Of a stretch of 64,000 nucleotides of DNA, positions 55,390 through 64,000 are shown piece by piece. The position numbers and the translations under genes are program-made. The notes under the pieces were generated by a model, which saw only the letters and a list, made by a program, of their open reading frames with translations, searched no databases and was not told the DNA's origin. The stretch lies in the NCBI GenBank assembly GCA_965153355.1, contig OZ231126.1, positions 11,532,001-11,596,000 of the forward strand, given 5' to 3'. This DNA comes from Flaccisagitta enflata (taxonomy: Eukaryota). The stretch's first letter is position 1. The number at the start of each line of letters is the position of its first letter.

Positions 55390-55989
55390 ACCATGGCAAA
55401 AAAAAAAAAGAGACAAATTGTTTTTCAATGTTTCATATTCATCAAATGAGAAAAACATAGCAAAATCTATGACCGTTTTAAAGATCTTCAAAAGATCTTC
55501 AAAATGGGACCATGCTGGTTGTTGTAGCTTTATTCGTTTAGAAATGACATAGGGATAAAGAGTAGATGGTCAAGACTGTAAAAGCCAAGTTGAAAAAGCT
55601 GTACTTTTTTGTTAGTTCATAAAAAAACAGAGAGAAAAAATATTTTTGAACTTTTTCTTTAAGGTATTTTCAAAGATTTTTGAATTTTCTTTCATTCAAG
55701 ACCAATCCCAGATCTGTAACTCAAAACGTTTAGAAGTTAGAGCTTGTCAAAGTGAATTACTTCTTTTCAAAACCTTTTGAATACAGTTGAATCGCAAAAT
55801 TGAAGATGGCAATGTTTTCATTCATTCTTGAGCTATTTCTAAATGAATAAAGCTAGAACTACCAGCAACGTCGCGTTTGGAAGATCTTTTGCAGATCTTT
55901 CAAACGGCTATGGATTTTTTATATTTCATATCGTTAGCTCAGCAGAAATAAGCTAAATAAGTTGTCTCTTCTTTTTTTTTTGCCATGGT
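55390..55989. mobile_element. TA-flanked MITE in an ABCC intron
   Basis: ACCATGGCAAAAAAAAAA..GAGACAA TIR. Confidence 0.7.
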
Positions 55990-56208
55990 TAGATGTCAAT
56001 TCCCCTGTAGACTTGCCCTAATTAGCGATTAGCCTAGAACATCTTTAGTCCCTGCTCCAGTTAGCCAACCTTGACGCTTCTGAGAAAGCAAATTCATTTC
56101 TGCCATAATCTGTCCTGATGCAACATGATTAATGTAATTGATGTTCATCTTAGCGTACATTGCACAGGTCATCCTTAGAATCATATGATCATTGATCAAT
56201 CTTCCCTA

Positions 56209-56406
<198 letters not shown>

Positions 56407-56554
56407 TCATCGCGTCGTAAATCAGCGCTATGACAAGACAACGATACCGGTAATCCACTACAACGGCAACAACGATAACAACAACTAAAGCAACAACATT
56501 CACAAAACAACAACTGCAACAACCACAATCACATTGACAACAACAACAACAACT

Positions 56555-56656
<102 letters not shown>

Positions 56657-56665
56657 CTCACTCAC

Positions 56666-56758
56666 CTAATTGACGGATGTCTACTCCATCGATGAGAATC
56701 TTTCCCATTGGCTCAGCCATGCGAAAGAGCATTTGAAAGAATGAACTTTTTCCGGCAC
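56666..56758 (-). CDS. ABCC4: ABCC4-like exon (second half of Walker A)
   Basis: AGKSSFFQMLFRMAEPMGKILIDGVDIRQL; 93 nt, phase 1-1. Confidence 0.92.
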
Positions 56759-56798
56759 CTGAAATTTGGTAAATGGCATGAAATTATCATTAATGGTC

Positions 56799-56860
<62 letters not shown>

Positions 56861-56872
56861 AAACAAAAACAA

Positions 56873-56928
<56 letters not shown>

Positions 56929-56946
56929 GCAACAACAACAGTGGAC

Positions 56947-57063
56947 CTGTTCTTCCCACAATTCCGATTTTTTCTCTGCTTTTGATGTTGATGTTGATGT
57001 TTTTGAGAATGAATCGGTCATTTCGGTTGTACGCGAAGTAAACATTCCGCAGCATCATCGCTC
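56947..57063 (-). CDS. ABCC4: ABCC4-like exon (NBD2 start)
   Basis: AMMLRNVYFAYNRNDRFILKNININIKSREKIGIVGRT; 117 nt, phase 1-1. Confidence 0.9.
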
Positions 57064-57321
57064 CTAGAAAAGGATTAAGAGTTGAAGTGATGAGGGGTTT
57101 CAATGTCGTCGCGGCCAGGGGGTGGGAAGGGGCGGCAAAGGGCGTTGTTCACTTTTCGAGTCGATTTACGCGGACGGACGGATGTCATATTCGCCGTCCG
57201 ATCCTTTAAAGCGTCTCCATTTATCCAAATTCAAGCCCATCTTGATTAATCTCATCCAATCTTTCCTTCCGACGGCCATAAGGAGGTTAGTTTTGTATTT
57301 GGTTCATAGCAGTACACAGTA

Positions 57322-57910
57322 CATGGTGTTTCATGCCAAAATAGATATAAGAAAACGATGCCATTCTGTTTCTAAAAATGCAAAAATTGTTCTGAAAAAA
57401 GTTTTAATGAGCACTTAAGTTCCGATTTTTTGTGTAAAAATTTCATGGGTTTGGGTCAAATATCTTGGCCACAACATCAATTTGAAGTAAAGTGAGCATT
57501 TTGAGGAGAAGCTCTTTTAACATAATTTTGATTTTAAAGTTCTTCTTTGAAGTGCTCTCATTTCTAAATGGTTTGAGTTATACATACCAAATTGGTCTCA
57601 GATTAAAGCTTATCAAATTTTCTTTAATTTGAGACCAATCTGGCATCTGTGGCTCAAGCCGTTTAGAAATGAGAGCATTTCAAAGGAAAAACTTTCAAAA
57701 TCAAAAATATGTGAAAAGAGCTTCTCTTTTAGATGCTCATTTTACTTCAAATTGATGTTGTGGCCAAGATATTTGACCCAAACCCATGAAATTTTTACAC
57801 AAAAAATCGGAGCTTAAGTGCACTTTGAATCTTTTTTCAGAATTATTTTTGCATCTTTAGAAGCAGAATGGCATCGTTTTCTTATATCTAATTTGGCATG
57901 AAACACCCTG
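57322..57910. mobile_element. TA-flanked palindromic MITE in an ABCC intron
   Basis: CA(G/T)GGTGTTTCATGCCAAA...AGAAAACGATGCCATTCTG arms extend to the centre. Confidence 0.85.
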
Positions 57911-58676
57911 TATTTCACGCATATCTACTCATCTAATACCAGCCAATCCTAATTAGGGGGTCTTGTCTTTTGTTCATGCCAGTTCTCTTATATTTTGCTC
58001 ATGCCAGTTCACAGTACACTCTTTTTTTTTGAGTAAGGACAAAGTTTATAAGGACATCGAGGCTGAAAATTGCCCAAAAATTAAGGACATTCTAAGGACA
58101 ATGCTCAGCCTCAGATTTAGAAAAACAAATTTTTCAATATGGGTTTAGATCGTTTTCACATAGGTTTTTTATAAGATTTTCTTTAATTTCTTATATTGCA
58201 AAAAGAAATAATCATTTTTTGCTTTACAATAAACAAATAAATCTTTAAAAAGTAAGAATAAATAAGAAGTTTCTATTCATACATCATATTAATCATATCA
58301 TCGGACATTGATAACCAGATTTTAAAAAAAATTTAAGGACGTAGTAAGAACATTTCAGCCTGAAATTGACAAAAATGGAAGGACATCCCAGCCTCAGAAA
58401 AAATTTACCGGTCCTTATAAAAAGAAAAGAGTGTATTTTAAGCATCTCTACTCACCTAATCCCAGCCCATCTTGATTACATGCTGCATTTTGTCTAAGAA
58501 CACTGTTTATAAGAGCATCAGCCTCAGATTTGGTGAAAAAATAAGAACATCCTAAAACATGCTCAGGCTCAGATTTTAGCGTAAGCATATTCTAAAGTAC
58601 GCTTTGATATGATTTTTAGGGAAACAGTCAAAAAAAGTTGTACAGAATCCTCCCACCTAAGCGATTAAAGCAGTTA

Positions 58677-59846
58677 CCGTATTTTTTCCATTTATCGCCC
58701 CCCCTCCAATTAACGCCCCCCCCCTCTTCTTGCTCCTCAGATCAGTGATTTTTTTAAAAATTAGGAGGCAAATGATTGCTGTGCATAGAGGGATTTAGCT
58801 TTTTTCAGTGCTTCTGTGGAAAACAGACAAAAAATATCCCTTAATTTTACTTTTTCTTGAAAATCTGAAATTTCAAGAAGCCACCCTGATTTTATTCTTT
58901 ATATAATTGGAATTACAATGATATACGATCAATTCTTGCCTTTTCTCCAAAATTTTCGTTTATGACCTCATGAACGGGCATATCGCTCATTTCTTCATTG
59001 AGTTTTTAGGGCGGGATTTATTTTTATGCTGCTACGTCATTCTTTTCTATAGCGCAGCCAGTCCTTTCTTTGGTGGTGATTGAATATATTACGTCAGTCC
59101 TTTTGTCACTTATTTGCAAACATAGAAGTGCTATTTTTAGGTGCGCCTACGCACTTCAATAACCGGTTATGTTTGTCTGTTGGTTGATCGGTCAGTCGGT
59201 TGGCCTTGACCATGTTTGAGGGCGTTTTTCTCATCCTTAACAACCAATTTCAATCGGCGTATATTCAGATACATCCTTGCTCCTCTATGAGACATGTCCG
59301 TTTGTTGGTAGGTTGGTTGATAAGTCACACAAACATCCAACTCCCAAAATCTGAGGTTCTGTCAACACAAAAGCAGTCAACCTTTTCATTCTTTCGTACA
59401 TTTGACCATTCTTTCATTCATTCATTCATTCATTCATTCATTCATTCATTCATTCATTCATTTCATTCATTCATTCATTCGTTTATTCATCAGTTCATTC
59501 ATTCATTAGTTCGTTCATTCATAGAATCATTTATTCATAAGAAACGTTCATGAAATGAAAAAAAAAAGTTAAAAACAAAAAAGATTGATTTTTCCGTTTT
59601 AAATTCGATTCTCTCAAATCTCGATAAGTAGATGCTGTAACATGGGATTTTTCATAAACGAAAATTCCGCTTCCAAACAAAAAATCGATTGTAATTCGCA
59701 CTCGATTCAGGGTGAAGCATTCATTGGGAAAACAACAAGATGACTACATATTTTCAAATTAAAAGGGGGCGATGATTGGAGGGTAAAATGACAATGTCAT
59801 TATCTAACTTCAAAAGCGCCCGGGGCGCTAATTAGAAAAACTACGG
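58677..59846. mobile_element. TA-flanked CCGTA-ended TIR element, nested in an older MITE
   Basis: TACCGTATTTTTTCCATTTATCGCCCC versus reverse complement TACCGTAGTTTTTCTAATTAGCGCCCC. Confidence 0.65.
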
Positions 59847-60726
59847 TACCCTTATTGATTACATTTTCTGTAATTTCATAACTTGCAAAAACAAAATTTT
59901 GTTTGGACTGAGAAGAAAGTACATTCATTTCATTGGTTATCAATAGCTTGCAACTACTATCTATAGGAAATAGGTTTGGAAGCACCTTTAAAGAGGTGTA
60001 TTTTAACTTCCCGTTGAGATAAATAAGGAAAAATTATGAGCATTTTAATCTACGTCAAAAAATCTACAATCTGAGTGCAATCTCGTCACTGTGCATCAAA
60101 CAGTTTAGAAATGCCATTAGCTTGAAGTTGATCATGTTCTTTCAAAAATGGCAAGAAAAGGAGGATTTCTTTTTTCTCCTTCCCTTCCATCTTTGAATTA
60201 CTGTCAAATTTTAGCAAAAAATGATGCAAAAAACATGCTAAAAACATGCTAAAAACATGCGGATTGCACCACTTGTTAGCACTTGAGCTCTAATTTTATG
60301 ATCTCATGGATTTTTAGTCAGATTTTAAAAGGGAAGTAGCCCAATTTTGCAGCCAAAATGATCAAAATATACAATTTTTACCACAACCACCTCTTAGTTG
60401 TGATAAACAAACCAAACTCGCGGCTCCTTAATTTGATCTAGGATTGTTTTTCTCTTTTGTTCTAGTTTGAGTGAATATAAAAATGACCAAAAACAATCAG
60501 GTATATGAGTTGTGAGTGCATAAGGGGGAATTCGTACTGCAAAACCTAAGTGCTTCCAAACTTTTTTTCCTAGATGGTATGATAAAGAATCTCCAATGCT
60601 ACAAAAATAAAAATGGGTTAAGAACATTTGAGCCTGGAAATTGGCTTAAAAATAAGAACGCTGAGCCTCACTTCAAAAAATTGTGTTATTATAAAAAATA
60701 CGGCGTGTAATCTCATCTAATCTTAC

Positions 60727-60873
60727 CTTCCGACGGCCATGAGGATGGTAGTCTTTTATTTTCTTCATGCCAGTCAGCCTCTGGTTGGAGACCACAGTAT
60801 TCCAAACATCTTTCCGCGGAAACCATTTGATTTTCTAAATCCGCAGTCTGACGAATTCCCCATTGGAACCAAC
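60727..60873 (-). CDS. ABCC4: ABCC4-like exon (end of TMD2)
   Basis: WFQWGIRQTADLENQMVSAERCLEY...SSWPSE, characteristic of ABCC4-type proteins; gtaag donor. Confidence 0.93.
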
Positions 60874-60896
60874 CTAAATGGTAGACATGGTTTAAC

Positions 60897-61026
<130 letters not shown>

Positions 61027-61027
61027 C

Positions 61028-61213
<186 letters not shown>

Positions 61214-61497
61214 GGACAGAGAGGCAAAGACAGAGACAGAGGCAGACAGAGAAATATTTAGGGAAACACACAAACGCACAGAAAGCGAACAGTCCCCGCG
61301 GGCAACAATCAACAATCCAGTAACACGCGTTTACAATTTGTAACAATTGATTGATTTTTGTTTGTTTGTTTTCGTTTGAGTATTCTATCTATGAAAAGTG
61401 GAACAATATCCCTCACTATACCCAAACTTAAACAAATGGAAGAGGGCCTTGTGAACCCTCACTAACTAGTTTATACGCGCACCACTCCTATTTGTAC

Positions 61498-61678
61498 CGG
61501 TGAGACTGAATGCGTATGCGAGGGAGAGTCCCACTGTTCCTGCCTCCAGAACATCGGGTCCAGCGTACAAGCAGAAGAAGCAAGTGCTTGCAATGAAGAG
61601 AGAACAAAGAAGTTCCATTCTCATAGCAAACCATCGAGTCACGTTTAGAAATAAGAACCAGGTCGAAGTGTGGATGTC
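61498..61678 (-). CDS. ABCC4: ABCC4-like exon (TMD2)
   Basis: DIHTSTWFLFLNVTRWFAMRMELL...AGTVGLSLAYAFSLT; 181 nt, phase 0 to 1. Confidence 0.9.
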
Positions 61679-61844
61679 CTGAAAAAAAGAAATTTAACAA
61701 ACATGAACACGGTCAATAACATTGCTGTCATACGCACACATGTGTACGCACGCACACACACGGTTTGAGCCTTTTAGAGTGGTTGCTGGGTGGTTAGAGT
61801 CCGGGTATGGGATTTTTCTTTAGCTGGGCTGATCTGGCTTAGTG

Positions 61845-61954
<110 letters not shown>

Positions 61955-62809
61955 ACCTTGGCGTCATAAAAAATGGCGGATTTTTAAAACCTATTTTACC
62001 AAACTTAATATGAGAGAAACTAAGGAAAATTGGTGATGGTTAGAAAGCTCTTCGAAAGATCTTTCATTTGAGTTGTGTCGCAACATTGTCGCTCAGATGG
62101 TTTAGAAGCTATATCAATTTGAAAAACACTTCTCTTTTTTTGACCTTACGGTGTGTAAGCAACCATAACTTGAAAAAAATCTCTTGAAAACCATACTTAA
62201 TCTTCTCCGATTGAGATGAAAATTGATATGGTGGTACAACATACCTTCCTCTAACAGCCCCTAAAATTTCATCCAAATCGGACAATTTTTACTATCATTT
62301 ATACCATGCAAAAGATTTCAATGTTGGTGCGCAAAACTGTGGTTTGCAAAATCAGTGTTTGGGTTTTATTTAATATTTTGTTCATGAAGATATGGTTGAA
62401 ATAAGGAAAAATCTATTACAGTTTTAGAGCCTTTTCAAAGATCTATGTTTTGGGCCCTCTTTCAAAGAAGTAAGCAGAGTATGAGTTCAAACAATGCAGA
62501 AATAAACGCAAGTTTTTTTGAAATTGCATCATTGTCTAAGAATTTTGATGAGGCATAGTAAAGGAACATGCAAAAACGATGAAATTATTAGCAATTTTCC
62601 TTTAATGATACACCGTCAGGGTGGAAAAAGAGTGGTTTTGTTTAAATCACTGTAACTACTAAACCGTTTGAGCCACCAGGTCCAGACACAACTCAAAAAA
62701 AAGATTTTTCGAAGAGCTTTCCAATCATCACCAATTTTCCTTATTTTCACCTAAACTAAGTTGGTTAAAATTGGTTTTAAAAATCCGCCATTTTTTATGA
62801 CGCCAAGGT
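61955..62809. mobile_element. TA-flanked MITE inserted in a (CA)n microsatellite
   Basis: TIR ACCTTGGCGTCATAAAAAATGGCGGATTTTTAAAACC; CA repeats on both sides. Confidence 0.85.
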
Positions 62810-62825
62810 TACACACAGACACACA

Positions 62826-62922
<97 letters not shown>

Positions 62923-62924
<2 letters not shown>

Positions 62925-63079
62925 GCATCCTGAAATAGTCTTGTTTGAAGTTGTCTTGCGCTTGATAAGCTCTGATCGTGTGAAGTCCCAAAAGCGTCGC
63001 GTTAAGTTGAGACAAAATTGGGGCTCTTGTGGCGCCTTCAAGACGACGAATACAGCGAGATGCGCGGAGGAAGTACGAT
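62923..63079 (-). CDS. ABCC4: ABCC4-like exon (TMD2 cytoplasmic loop); upstream exons presumably lie beyond the window
   Basis: SYFLRASRCIRRLEGATRAPILSQLNATLLGLHTIRAY...FRMQ; ctgcag acceptor, gtgtgt donor. Confidence 0.9.
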
Positions 63080-63314
63080 CTGCAGCAAGAAACAAAATGA
63101 AAACAATGGTTTGAAAAGTAATACCAATAAGGGCGGCTAATCGCCGACCGGAAAAAAGTTGTAAATGGGAGTTTCTTTTTTTCAGTGCATGATCCTCTGT
63201 GAGTGCATCTCATTCTGTCTGGTTGACTGCCTTTGTGTTTTTGTTATTCAATCTACAGTTGTTGTTTCTTTCTCTCAGTCTTCCTCTGTCCTTGACTGTG
63301 TGGTGTGTATGTGT

Positions 63315-63438
<124 letters not shown>

Positions 63439-63543
63439 GTTATTGAAACTTGTCGAGTTAGCCTCTCTCTCTTTCTCTCTCTATTTCTTTTTGTCTTTCT
63501 GTCTCTTTCTCTCTCGCTCTCTTTCTTTCTTTTTGTCTTTCTG

Positions 63544-63625
<82 letters not shown>

Positions 63626-64000
63626 AAATGCGCAAGCTAGCGTCATAAAACTTGGCGTCAATTTGCGTAACATCTTGACTGTTTTCCTATATTACATAGG
63701 TCCCAAAAATTGGGATCAATGAAAAATATCGATTTTCGCAAAATATGCGAAAAAATAAAAAAAGATTCAAAAATTCATAACTCCTAAACTATTAATCGTA
63801 GATACTTCTGGTTGGCGCCATTTGAAAGAGAATAATTAGCTCTTTCTTTGCTGTGAATATCAAAAAATGTATACTCCCAGCCCCAAAATGACCCAACTTG
63901 CTAAAATTGCCCCAAACCGAAAATGGAAAACTTTATTTCTCCCCTACGTTTCAAAAAGTCGAATTACGTAATTCGACTTTTTTCCAACAATAACAATGAA

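Overview
Eukaryotic (most likely invertebrate animal) genomic DNA, very rich in microsatellites and non-autonomous DNA transposons. Four spliced protein-coding genes can be reconstructed by hand with GT-AG junctions and consistent phases. (1) A cytohesin/Sec7 ARF-GEF on the minus strand (exons 22098-20618, 17490-16687, 16314-16209, 15497-15354, 8762-8679; the remaining Sec7/PH exons were not found) with a very large low-complexity N-terminal extension. (2) A ~938-aa STAND (NB-ARC/NACHT-like) P-loop NTPase on the plus strand (36127-41437) with an unrecognised N-terminal domain, no LRR/TPR/WD40 sensor and a tandemly duplicated symmetric exon. (3) A two-exon KLHDC1/2-like Kelch protein (42347-44169). 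(4) The 3' part of an ABCC4/MRP4-like transporter on the minus strand (7 exons, 63079-54538). Intergenic and intronic DNA holds about 20 DINE-1/HINE-like (Helentron-type) elements, a long-inverted-repeat family with 20/21-bp internal tandem arrays, several TA-flanked palindromic MITEs and a hAT-type MITE, often nested. Most ORFs in the supplied track are microsatellite artefacts. Coordinates were read by eye and may be off by a few bases.
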